Positions 17,438 through 25,434 are shown, numbered from the stretch's first letter. The stretch: DNA of 64,000 nt from Acidimicrobiales bacterium (GCA_035700105.1 DASSOZ010000029.1:13605-77604), one strand, 5' to 3'. Made by a program: numbers and translations. Notes: a model not told the origin generated them from the sequence alone.

Positions 17438-18228
17438 GCCGACGTCCCCTGCGTTCTGCCCATCTGGGCGACGCCGGCGAGGTAACCGTCGACGTCGGCG
17501 GTCTTGCCCTCGACGATCGCGCCGAGGTCGGGCACGTACGTCTCGAACCGGTCGCCGCCGATGGCGGCGACGATGCCGGCAGCGACGTCCTCGGGCGGGA
17601 ACTTCGGCCCGTCGTACACCGGGTCGTCGCTGCCGGGGTGGTCCCAGATCTCGGTGTCGATCGGACCGGGCTGCACGAGGCGGACGTCAACGCCGGTGTC
17701 CCAGAGGTCGATCGCCATCGCCTCGCTCCAGCCGGACAGGGCGAACTTCGACGCGCAGTACGCGGCCTCGTGGACGATGCCGAGCCGGCCGCCCATCGAC
17801 GCGACGTTCACGATCACGCCCTCGCCCCGCTCGAGCATGCGGGGGAGGGCGGCGAGGATCATCCGCACCGGCGACGTGAAGTTGACCGTCATCACCTCGT
17901 CGACCTCGGCGGGCGTGAGCTGCTCGACGCGCCGGCGCTTCGGCATCGCCGCGTTGTTCACGAGTACGTCGAGGTGACCGAACGCCCGCCACGCGTCGTC
18001 GACGGTCCGGGCTGCGGCGTCGGGGTCGGCGAGGTCGGCGACCCACATGCGGCTGCCCGTCGCGCCGGCGGCGTGGCAGTCGTCGAGGACCTCCTTCAGG
18101 CGGTCCTCTCGCCGGGCGACGAGCCCGACGGTCGCGCCGTCGGACGCGAGCCTCCGTGCCAGCGCGGCGCCGATTCCCGAGGACGCGCCGGTGACGAGCA
18201 CGTTGCGACCGGCGACGTCGATTCCCAT
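17434..18228 (-). CDS. short-chain dehydrogenase/reductase (SDR)
   Basis: VLVTGASSGIGAA, NNAA and YCASKFAL. Its stop overlaps the ADH start by 4 nt. TAGCGT plus 8 nt lies upstream of ATG 18228. Confidence 0.9.
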   Translation of the reverse strand: MGIDVAGRNVLVTGASSGIGAALARRLASDGATVGLVARREDRLKEVLDDCHAAGATGSRMWVADLADPDAAARTVDDAWRAFGHLDVLVNNAAMPKRRRVEQLTPAEVDEVMTVNFTSPVRMILAALPRMLERGEGVIVNVASMGGRLGIVHEAAYCASKFALSGWSEAMAIDLWDTGVDVRLVQPGPIDTEIWDHPGSDDPVYDGPKFPPEDVAAGIVAAIGGDRFETYVPDLGAIVEGKTADVDGYLAGVAQMGRTQGTSA

Positions 18229-18236
18229 GGCCGCGG

Positions 18237-18242
18237 ACGCTA
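18237..18242 (-). promoter_or_regulatory. -10-like hexamer TAGCGT, 8 nt upstream of ATG 18228 (leaderless arrangement)
   Basis: Read on the minus strand. The palindrome starts 7 nt further upstream. Confidence 0.45.
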
Positions 18243-18249
18243 CTTCGAC

Positions 18250-18267
18250 CCTGACATCGGCGTCAGG
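18250..18267. promoter_or_regulatory. 18-bp palindrome CCTGAC-ATCGGC-GTCAGG (operator candidate)
   Basis: Perfect arms. Lies in the divergent gap between the SDR-ADH operon (start 18228) and the Asp/His-rich protein gene (start 18330). Confidence 0.6.
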
Positions 18268-18329
18268 GTCGTGGTCGTAGCACCATCGACCGATGGTCGT
18301 TGCGACGTGTGCGGGCGGACGATCACCAC

Positions 18330-18806
18330 ATGCGCAAGCCGATCATCTCGTGGACCATCGGAGCCGTCGCCGTCGCCATGCTCGGCGCCGGCCTCCTCAC
18401 GGCCGCCCGGGCGGTCGACACCAGCCCGGACCCGCAGGTGGTGCTGACGAACAGCCGTCATGGCGGCACCGACGACGGTGCGCCGTCGAGCTCGTCCACG
18501 TCGACGTCGACCTCGTCGGTCCCCACGTCCGTGCCGGGCTCGGTGCCGTCCTCGACCGTGACCTCGATCGACGACCACGGCCGCAACCGCGGGCCCGGTG
18601 GCGGTGGGGACGACGACCCGGCGACCCACGACGTCGGCGACGACCACGGCGGCGACGACGACACCACCGTGTCCACGACGGCGTCGACGACGGCGACCAC
18701 CACCATCGACGACCACGGCGGCCACCGTGCCGACGACGACCCGGCGACCCACGACGTCGGCGACGACCACGGCGGCACCAGCGGCGGCCACGGCGCCGAC
18801 GACTGA
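18330..18806 (+). CDS. secreted Asp/His/Thr-rich repeat protein (hypothetical; possible metal-binding)
   Basis: MRKPIISWTIGAVAVAMLGAGLLTAARA is a signal/anchor-like N-terminus. An S/T-rich linker follows, then the duplicated module IDDHG...DDDPATHDVGDDHGG. An alternative upstream start exists at 18300. Confidence 0.6.
   Translation: MRKPIISWTIGAVAVAMLGAGLLTAARAVDTSPDPQVVLTNSRHGGTDDGAPSSSSTSTSTSSVPTSVPGSVPSSTVTSIDDHGRNRGPGGGGDDDPATHDVGDDHGGDDDTTVSTTASTTATTTIDDHGGHRADDDPATHDVGDDHGGTSGGHGADD
18609..18653 (+). repeat. 45-bp exact direct repeat, copy 1 (intragenic)
   Basis: GACGACGACCCGGCGACCCACGACGTCGGCGACGACCACGGCGGC is identical to 18732..18776. The 123-bp offset equals 41 codons. Confidence 0.9.
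18732..18776 (+). repeat. 45-bp exact direct repeat, copy 2 (intragenic)
   Basis: Identical to 18609..18653. Encodes DDDPATHDVGDDHGG. Confidence 0.9.
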
Positions 18807-18842
18807 CGCCCCCGCCGGCCGCACGCGACCGGCCCCCGTCCC

Positions 18843-18893
18843 CGAACTCGGCGTAGATCTGTACCGCAGAGGTACGGATCTACGCCGAGTTCG
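18843..18893. repeat. 51-nt palindromic repeat, family 1 copy B (probable bidirectional terminator)
   Basis: CGAACTCGGCGTAGATCTGTACC-GCAGA-GGTACGGATCTACGCCGAGTTCG. It ends 1 nt before the stop codon of the convergent response regulator. Confidence 0.8.
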
Positions 18894-19505
18894 TCAGTGG
18901 GACAGGTTGTCGCGGGCCCAGAGGGCGGCCTGGGTCCGGTCGGTCACGCCGAGCTGCTGGAAGATGTTCGTGAGGTGCGCCTTGACCGTGCGCTCGGTGA
19001 TCGAGAGGCGGCGGGCGATCTGCTTGTTCGCCAGACCCTCGGCCACCAGCGCCAGCACCTCCCGCTCGCGGTCGCTCAGGCGTCGCGCCGGCCCGCCGAC
19101 CCGCCGGCGCTCGAGCAGCACCCGTGCGGCCTTCGGGTCGAGCGGCACGTCGCCCGCCGCCGCGGCCCGGACGGCCGCCAGCACCTCGTCGGGCGTCGCG
19201 TCCTTGAGGATGTAGCCGCACGCGCCGGCGTCGAGCGCGTCGACGATGCGGCGTTCGTCGGCGAACGACGTCAGCACGACGACCCGGGCACCTTCGCCGA
19301 TGCGGCGCGTCGCTTCCACCCCGTCGACGCCGGGCATGGACAGGTCCATGAGGACGACGTCGGGTGCCGTCGACGTGACCAGCTCGACGGCCTCGTCGCC
19401 GTCACCGGCGGTGCCGACGACGTCGACGTCGTCGGCGCTCCCGAGGAGCTGCGCCAGTCCCTGCCGGACGACGGCGTGGTCGTCCACGACGAGAACCCGG
19501 ATCAC
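18894..19505 (-). CDS. NarL/LuxR-family two-component response regulator
   Basis: Receiver motifs VLVVDDHAVVRQGL and DVVLMDLSMPGVDG. C-terminal LuxR HTH LSDREREVLALVAEGLANKQIARRLSITERTVKAH. Confidence 0.9.
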   Translation of the reverse strand: MIRVLVVDDHAVVRQGLAQLLGSADDVDVVGTAGDGDEAVELVTSTAPDVVLMDLSMPGVDGVEATRRIGEGARVVVLTSFADERRIVDALDAGACGYILKDATPDEVLAAVRAAAAGDVPLDPKAARVLLERRRVGGPARRLSDREREVLALVAEGLANKQIARRLSITERTVKAHLTNIFQQLGVTDRTQAALWARDNLSH

Positions 19506-20833
19506 GACAGCGGCACCTCCATCCGCACGAGCGTCCCTCGACCGGGCGCGGCGTCGACCGTCAGCGTCGCGCCCGCGTCACGGGCGAGGCCGGCGAGTCC
19601 CCGCAGGCCGAGGTGCCCGGACGACGCCGCCGACGCGGCGTCCTCGGGGGAGAAGCCGGCCCCGTCGTCGGTCACGGACACGCATGCCCGCTCGGCGTCG
19701 CTCTCGGCGACGACCGCCACGGACGTCGCGCCGGCGTGGGCGGCGACGTTGCGGAGCGCCTCGCGGGCGGTGCGGTAGAGCAGCGCACGCGCCGACGCCG
19801 GCAGCTCGTCGGACGCCAGACGCTCGGTGTCGAGTGACACCGACACGCCGGTCGCGGCGACGCCGTCGGCCAGGTCGGCGAGCGCGGCCGCCACGCCGCC
19901 GGGGCCGTCGAGGTCGGCCGGGTAGATGTCGACGAGCATCGAGCGCAGTTCGGTGATCGTCGACCGGATCGATCCGGCCGCGGAGTCGAGCAGCGTCGAC
20001 GCCGGTGTTCCCGCCACGGACGCGTCCCGCGCCGCGCCCGCCAGGCTGAACGCGACGCCGGCCAGCGCCTGCACCGGTCCGTCGTGGAGATCGGACGCGA
20101 CGCGGCGGCGCTCGATGTCGGACGCGTCGAGCGCCCGCCGCAGCAGCGCTTCCTGGACGCGCTGGCGGTGCTGGAGCCGCCGGGCCAGCGACCACGCCAG
20201 CGGGATCTGGAGCACCTCGAGCAGGACGAGCGCGCCGAGCGAGATCGGGGCGAAGCTGCGCCAGATCCTCGATCCCGAGGCCGCGACCGTGTCGTAGCGG
20301 TAGTACGCCTCGAACAGCAGGCGGTCGCCGCCGGGCGTCACGATCGGCAGGTACACCTCGAGCAGCTTCCCGAACGAACGCTCGAACCGGTTCTCGGGCT
20401 TGGTGAGGTCGCTGACCTCGGCTTCGATGAGGCCACCCCGCAGCGCGGCGAGCTCGTCGTCGCCCAGCGCGTAGCGCGCACCGACGAGGCGACGTTCGTC
20501 GGAGTAGACGATCTCGCCGGTGGACGTCCAGATCTTCACCCGCACGAGCGAGTCGTCGAGGACGTCGCGCTCGACGACGTCGCCGACGCTTCGCACGGCG
20601 TCCGGGTCGCGCGCGACGAGCCCGTCGGTGATGACGGGCTCGACACGACCCTGGGCTTTCACGAGCGTCGTCGTGCGTGCATCGGTGATCGCCTCGCGCT
20701 CGCCGACGCGCCGGCTGGCGACCGACGTGGCGGCGCCGACGAGGGCGACGGCGGCGAGCCCGATGAGCGTGAACTGCACGACGGGCCGGGCGACGACCCA
20801 TCGCAACGACGACGGTGTGCTCGCCCCGGTCAT
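19502..20833 (-). CDS. sensor histidine kinase (HisKA_3 / NarX-DesK type) with extracytoplasmic sensor domain
   Basis: N-terminal TM segment, then a ~170-aa loop and a second TM segment. H-box RRRVASDLHDGPVQ. ATPase region GFSPEDAA...GHLGLRGL. 4-nt overlap with the response regulator gene. Confidence 0.85.
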   Translation of the reverse strand: MTGASTPSSLRWVVARPVVQFTLIGLAAVALVGAATSVASRRVGEREAITDARTTTLVKAQGRVEPVITDGLVARDPDAVRSVGDVVERDVLDDSLVRVKIWTSTGEIVYSDERRLVGARYALGDDELAALRGGLIEAEVSDLTKPENRFERSFGKLLEVYLPIVTPGGDRLLFEAYYRYDTVAASGSRIWRSFAPISLGALVLLEVLQIPLAWSLARRLQHRQRVQEALLRRALDASDIERRRVASDLHDGPVQALAGVAFSLAGAARDASVAGTPASTLLDSAAGSIRSTITELRSMLVDIYPADLDGPGGVAAALADLADGVAATGVSVSLDTERLASDELPASARALLYRTAREALRNVAAHAGATSVAVVAESDAERACVSVTDDGAGFSPEDAASAASSGHLGLRGLAGLARDAGATLTVDAAPGRGTLVRMEVPLS

Positions 20834-20852
20834 CGGGGGAGCAGGTTAGGGA

Positions 20853-21209
20853 TCAGCGGATGACCGTCTTGCCGGGCTCGTAGCGGAAGTCGAACTTCTC
20901 GCCGGTGTCCCGGTTCTCGAACCGGATCTCGACACGGTTCTTGTCGCTGGCGGAGGTGCCGCCGGCGGACTTCACCTGGTACGTCCAGCCGGGTTGCACG
21001 TTCGTGACGGCGACGAGGCGGATGCCGACGGACGTGTCGAGCACGACGCAGGCGACACCGTCCAGCGGGTAGTTCCACGGGTTGGTCGACATGTCCCAGC
21101 TGCACGGCAGCTCCGCGGACGCGGGTGCGGCGGTGGCGAGCGGCACGCCGGCGACGGCGGCCGCGATCGTGACGGAGGCGAGGGTGCGACGGATGCGGTG
21201 TCGGTTCAT
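20853..21209 (-). CDS. small secreted protein (118 aa), hypothetical
   Basis: ATG 21209 gives MNRHRIRRTLASVTIAAAVAGVPLATAAPASA, a signal peptide. The mature part has 2 Cys. It lies immediately upstream of, and co-oriented with, the kinase gene. Confidence 0.6.
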   Translation of the reverse strand: MNRHRIRRTLASVTIAAAVAGVPLATAAPASAELPCSWDMSTNPWNYPLDGVACVVLDTSVGIRLVAVTNVQPGWTYQVKSAGGTSASDKNRVEIRFENRDTGEKFDFRYEPGKTVIR

Positions 21210-21259
21210 GCCGGCGACTGTGCGGTCCACCCGGTCGGGCCGGCCAGTGTCCGATGGTG

Positions 21260-23281
21260 CTACGACCTCATCGGCCGGAGGTCGAGCCGGCGGAGCAGCT
21301 GGGCGTTCAGCGCGACGACGATCGTCGACAGGCTCATGAGCACGGCGCCGACCGCGGGCGGCAGCGTGAAGCCCGCCCACGCGAGCGCGCCGGCGGCGAG
21401 CGGGATGGCGACGACGTTGTAGCCGGCGGCCCAGCCGAGGTTCTGCAGCATCTTGCGGTAGCTCGCCTGGCTGAGGCGGATCACCGACACGACCGCGCGG
21501 GGGTCGGAGCTGGCGAGGATGACGCCGGCCGACTCGATGGCGACGTCGGTGCCAGCGCCGATGGCGAGGCCGACGTCGGCCCGCGCCAGCGCGGGCGCGT
21601 CGTTGACGCCGTCGCCGACCATCGCCACCTTCAGGCCACGTCGCTGCAGCTCGGCGACCTTGGCGTCCTTGTCCTCGGGCAGGACCTCGGCCATCACCTC
21701 GTCGACGCCGAGATCGGCACCGACCGCGTCGGCGACCTGCCGTGCGTCACCGGTGATCATCACGACGCGCCGGCCCATCGCCCGCAGGTCGTGGACGGCC
21801 TGACGCGCCTCGGGACGGACCTCGTCCTCGAGCTCGAACGCGGCGACGACATCGTCGCCACGGACGAGGTAGAGGACGGCCGCACCTCGCTTTCGCCACA
21901 CGTCGGCGTCGGCGGTGAGGGCGGCCGGTTCGTCGAGCCCGCGTTCGCGCAGCAGCGCGGGCCCGCCGACGGCGTGGCGCGTGCCGTCGATCGTCGCCTC
22001 GACACCGCGGCCGGTGATCGACCGGAAGTCGGACGCCGAGGGAGCCGCGGTCGCGGACGTCACCGCGCTGGCGCGCACGATGGCGCGCGCCAGCGGGTGC
22101 TCGGAGTCGGCCTCGACGGCGGCGGCGAGGTGGAGCGCGTCGTCAGTCGTCAGCGCACCGGTCGTGGCCACACCGGTGACGGCGTGCTCACCCTTCGTCA
22201 GGGTGCCGGTCTTGTCGAACAGCACGGTGTCGACAGTGCGCATGCGCTCGAGCGCGAGGCGGTCCTTCACCAGGATGCCGGCGCGGGCGCCGATCGCCGA
22301 CGACAGCGACACCACGAGCGGGATGGCGAGGCCGAGCGCGTGCGGGCAGCTGATGACGAGGACGCCGACGGTGAGCAGCACCGCCCGGTCGGCGTCGCCC
22401 GCCGCCAGCCACGCGACGAGCGTGATGACCGCGGCGCCGGCGGCGACGTAGAAGAGCAGCGCGGCGGCGCGGTCGGCAAGCGCCTGGGCGCGGCTGCGGC
22501 TCTCCTGGGCCTGGGTCACGAGACGCTGGATGCCGGCGAGCGCGGTGTCCTCGCCGACGGCGTCGACACGGACGCGGATCGCCGAGTCGGTCGACACCGT
22601 GCCGGCGACGACGCGATCGCCCGTGGTCTTGGCGACCGGGCGCGACTCGCCGGTGATCATCGACTCGTCGAGCTCGGCGCGCCCGTCGACGATCTCGCCG
22701 TCGGCCGGGACCCGGCCGCCGCTACGGACGAGGACCGTGTCACCGGCGCGCAGGTCGTTGAGCGCGACGGTCTCGGTCGTCCCGTCGGAGGCCAGGCGCT
22801 CGGCCTCGTCAGGGAGCAGCGCGGCGAGCGCGCCGAGCGCGTCCTGCGCCTGGCCGAGCGCCTTCATCTCCTGCCAGTGCCCGAGCAGCATGATCGTCAC
22901 CAGTGCGGCGAGCTCCCACCAGAACTCCTGGTCGAACCAGTCGAGCGAGTTGGCGAGCGACGCGCCGTACGCCACGGTCAGGGCCATCGCGATCAGCAGC
23001 ATCATGCCGGGCCGTCGCGTGCGGGCCTCGTCGACGCCACCGGTGAGGAACGGCCAGCCCGCCCACAGGAACACGACGGTGCCGAGCACCGGCCCGACCC
23101 ACTCGATGCCGGCGAAGTCGAGCTCGTAGCCGAGCCAGTCCATGACCATCTCGCTCGTGACGACGATCGGGACGGTGAGCAGCAGGCTCCACCAGAAGCG
23201 CGTCCGGAACACCGCGGCGTGGTCGGCGTGCCCGTGATGGCCGTGGTGCCCGTGATCGTGATCGTGCCCGTCGTGTTCCAT
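21260..23281 (-). CDS. heavy-metal (copper) P1B-type ATPase, CopB-like
   Basis: TGES, the CPH transmembrane metal motif (ISCPHALG), DKTGTLT and GDGVNDAP. His-rich N-terminus MEHDGHDHDHGHHGHHGHADH replaces an HMA domain. Confidence 0.9.
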   Translation of the reverse strand: MEHDGHDHDHGHHGHHGHADHAAVFRTRFWWSLLLTVPIVVTSEMVMDWLGYELDFAGIEWVGPVLGTVVFLWAGWPFLTGGVDEARTRRPGMMLLIAMALTVAYGASLANSLDWFDQEFWWELAALVTIMLLGHWQEMKALGQAQDALGALAALLPDEAERLASDGTTETVALNDLRAGDTVLVRSGGRVPADGEIVDGRAELDESMITGESRPVAKTTGDRVVAGTVSTDSAIRVRVDAVGEDTALAGIQRLVTQAQESRSRAQALADRAAALLFYVAAGAAVITLVAWLAAGDADRAVLLTVGVLVISCPHALGLAIPLVVSLSSAIGARAGILVKDRLALERMRTVDTVLFDKTGTLTKGEHAVTGVATTGALTTDDALHLAAAVEADSEHPLARAIVRASAVTSATAAPSASDFRSITGRGVEATIDGTRHAVGGPALLRERGLDEPAALTADADVWRKRGAAVLYLVRGDDVVAAFELEDEVRPEARQAVHDLRAMGRRVVMITGDARQVADAVGADLGVDEVMAEVLPEDKDAKVAELQRRGLKVAMVGDGVNDAPALARADVGLAIGAGTDVAIESAGVILASSDPRAVVSVIRLSQASYRKMLQNLGWAAGYNVVAIPLAAGALAWAGFTLPPAVGAVLMSLSTIVVALNAQLLRRLDLRPMRS

Positions 23282-23298
23282 CGGGACGACTCTATACT

Positions 23299-23315
23299 AT
23301 ACCCCCCCAGGGTAT
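23299..23315. promoter_or_regulatory. G/C-tract palindrome ATACCC-CCCCA-GGGTAT (CsoR-type operator-like), overlapping a TATAGT -10-like box
   Basis: Sits in the 33-bp gap directly upstream of the ATPase start. On the minus strand the sequence reads GATACCCTGGGGGGGTATAGTATAGAGTCGTCCCG-ATG. Confidence 0.5.
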
Positions 23316-23686
23316 CAAGCGGGGGAGGGTCGGAGGCGGCGGCGGCGCGACGGCGGCACGTCGACCGTCTCGTGCACCCGCGTCACGCCACGGGTCGCCC
23401 GCGCCAGGTCGACGGCGGCGTCGCGGGCCGCGGCCGGCGCCGTGCCCGTCAACCGGGCGACGCCGTCCACGACGGATACGGCGAGCGTCGCGGCCCGCGT
23501 TCGCGTGTCCGCCGCCAGCGACGCCCGTAGCCGGAGCTCCGCCCGTGCGTCGTCGAGCGACCCGCCCCGCACGAGCGACGACGCCGACCGCCCGGCGAAG
23601 TGCGCCCAGTCGGCGATCGACGCACGGTTGCGCCACGCCCACATGGCGAGGCCGAGGCGGGAAAGGGGGAGCAGGCGACGGAGCAT
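23315..23686 (-). CDS. BON-domain protein
   Basis: 123 aa with an N-terminal hydrophobic segment and the BON-like pattern LAVSVVDGVARLTGTAPAAARDAAVDLARATRGVTRVHETVDV. Confidence 0.55.
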   Translation of the reverse strand: MLRRLLPLSRLGLAMWAWRNRASIADWAHFAGRSASSLVRGGSLDDARAELRLRASLAADTRTRAATLAVSVVDGVARLTGTAPAAARDAAVDLARATRGVTRVHETVDVPPSRRRRLRPSPA

Positions 23687-23704
23687 GTGACCGCCTGTTC
23701 CCTC

Positions 23705-23710
23705 TACGGT
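23705..23710 (+). promoter_or_regulatory. -10-like hexamer TACGGT, 8 nt upstream of ATG 23719 (leaderless arrangement)
   Basis: Read directly in the sequence. No SD lies in the 8-nt gap. Confidence 0.4.
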
Positions 23711-23718
23711 CTGCGGCC

Positions 23719-24144
23719 ATGCCGCTCGAGCTCGTACCGCTGGCCACGATCCGCGCCCCGCTGACGGCGCAGCACGTCATCGCCAAGGGACCGCTCGGCA
23801 CCCGCGTGATCGCCGACGTGACCGACGCGACGATCGACGGCGACCGCATCCACGCCAAGCAGCTCGGCACCGCCGGCGCCGACTGGGCGACGATCGACGA
23901 CAACGGCGTCTGCACGCTCGACGTGCGCATGACGATGCAGACCGACGACGGCGCCACGCTGTTGGTGACGTACCGCGGCCGGCTCCTGCTCGACACCGGC
24001 GACATCTACAGCGCGCCGCTGTTCGAGACCGGCGACGAGCGCTACCAGTGGCTCAACCGCATCCAGGCCGTGGGCAAGGGCCGCATCCAGGCGTCCGACG
24101 ACGGTGCCCAGTCGGTCGTCTACGAGGTGTTCGAGCTGCGCTGA
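23719..24144 (+). CDS. DUF3237-family protein
   Basis: 141 aa. The pattern GPLGTRVIADVTDATIDGDRI...GADWATIDDNGVCTLDVRMTMQTDDGATLLVTYRG matches the DUF3237 beta-barrel family as I remember it. Confidence 0.65.
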   Translation: MPLELVPLATIRAPLTAQHVIAKGPLGTRVIADVTDATIDGDRIHAKQLGTAGADWATIDDNGVCTLDVRMTMQTDDGATLLVTYRGRLLLDTGDIYSAPLFETGDERYQWLNRIQAVGKGRIQASDDGAQSVVYEVFELR

Positions 24145-24158
24145 CGCACGACCGAATC

Positions 24159-24209
24159 CTTTTGGTACCCGGAGCGGGGCCAGTTGGGCGCCGCTCCGGG
24201 TACCAAAAG
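24159..24209. terminator. perfect 19-bp stem / 13-nt loop hairpin between convergent genes
   Basis: CTTTTGGTACCCGGAGCGG-GGCCAGTTGGGCG-CCGCTCCGGGTACCAAAAG. The T/A runs at the stem base give a U-tract on either strand. Confidence 0.75.
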
Positions 24210-24229
24210 CGGGTGAAGCGGGCGGCGCG

Positions 24230-25429
24230 TTACCGCTTCGGCAGGCGGATGGCGCGGTCGGCGATGATGTTCTTCTGCACCTCGGTCGTGCCGGCGCCGA
24301 TCGACGTGTAGCGCTGCCAGGTGTACTGGTGCGTCCAGTGCCCGCCGTCGACCGCGTCGGGACCGCCCTTGGCGAGCACGCCGGCGGGACCGAGCAGGTC
24401 GACGCCGAGCTCGGCGAGCGTCTGGCTGAGGTGTGACCACTGCAGCTTGGCGAACGGCACCTCGGGCCAGTTCTTCTCACCCTTGAGGATCTTCGACAGC
24501 GCCCGGTAGTTGAGCAACTGCGTCAGCCGGATCTGCGTCCACGCCTCGGCGATGCGGGCGCGCAGCAGCGGGTCGGCGAGCGCGGACGGGTTGTGCTTCC
24601 GCGCGGTGTCGATCATCTGTTGCAGTTCGATCTTGAGCGTGATCGACAGGCCCGACGTCCCGACGCGCTCGTGGCCGAGCGTGCCCATCGCGACCTGCCA
24701 CCCGGCACCCTCGTCGCCGAGGCGGTACCTCACCGGGACGCGTGCGTCGGTGAAGAACACCTCGTTGAACATCGCGTCGCCGGTGATCTCACGGATGGGG
24801 CGGCACTCGATGCCATCGGCGTGCATGTCGACGATGAGCGCGGTGATGCCGTCGTGCTTGCGGCCGTCGGCCAGTGCGGACGGATCCGTCCGCACGAGGA
24901 ACAGGCCCCAGTCGGCGATGTGCGCGGTGGAGATCCAGATCTTCTGCCCGTTGACGACGTAGTCGTCGCCGTCGCGGACCGCGACCGTCCGCAGGTTGGC
25001 GAGGTCGCTCCCGGCCTCGGGTTCGGTGAAGCCCTGACACCAGTGCTCGTCGGCGTTGAGGATCTTCGGCAGCCACCGCTGCTGCTGCTCGGCGGTGCCC
25101 CAGCGCACGATCATGGGGCCGATCTGCCAGATGCCGTTGGCGTTGTAGATGCCCGGCGTCTTCGCCCGCGCCATCTCCTCTGAGTAGATGACGTTCTGCA
25201 TGACGGTGGCCTCGCGGCCGCCCCACTCCTTCGGCCAGTTGATCGCCGCCCAGTTGCCGGTGTTGAGCTCGCGCTGCCACGCCTTGCGCCGCTCCATCGT
25301 GCGCAGCAGGCCCGTGGACGTGCCGTCGCCGATCTCGCCCTGCTCGTTGAACGCCGGCAGGTGCTCGTCGAGCCACGAGCGCAGTTCCGCCCGGAACGCC
25401 TCGTCTTCCGGCGTGAAGGAGAAGTCCAT
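24230..25429 (-). CDS. acyl-CoA dehydrogenase
   Basis: 399 aa with WCQGFTEPEAGSDLANL, WISTAHIADWG and C-terminal IGAGTTEVQKNIIADRAIRLP. Confidence 0.9.
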   Translation of the reverse strand: MDFSFTPEDEAFRAELRSWLDEHLPAFNEQGEIGDGTSTGLLRTMERRKAWQRELNTGNWAAINWPKEWGGREATVMQNVIYSEEMARAKTPGIYNANGIWQIGPMIVRWGTAEQQQRWLPKILNADEHWCQGFTEPEAGSDLANLRTVAVRDGDDYVVNGQKIWISTAHIADWGLFLVRTDPSALADGRKHDGITALIVDMHADGIECRPIREITGDAMFNEVFFTDARVPVRYRLGDEGAGWQVAMGTLGHERVGTSGLSITLKIELQQMIDTARKHNPSALADPLLRARIAEAWTQIRLTQLLNYRALSKILKGEKNWPEVPFAKLQWSHLSQTLAELGVDLLGPAGVLAKGGPDAVDGGHWTHQYTWQRYTSIGAGTTEVQKNIIADRAIRLPKR

Positions 25430-25434
25430 CGTTT

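Noticed and set aside
18894-19505. The NarL-type response regulator as the protein that binds the window-wide palindrome
   Set aside because: It is the only HTH protein in the window. However, nothing links it to the sites beyond being about 650 bp from one copy, and I know of no NarL-type sites of this form. I left the regulator unassigned.
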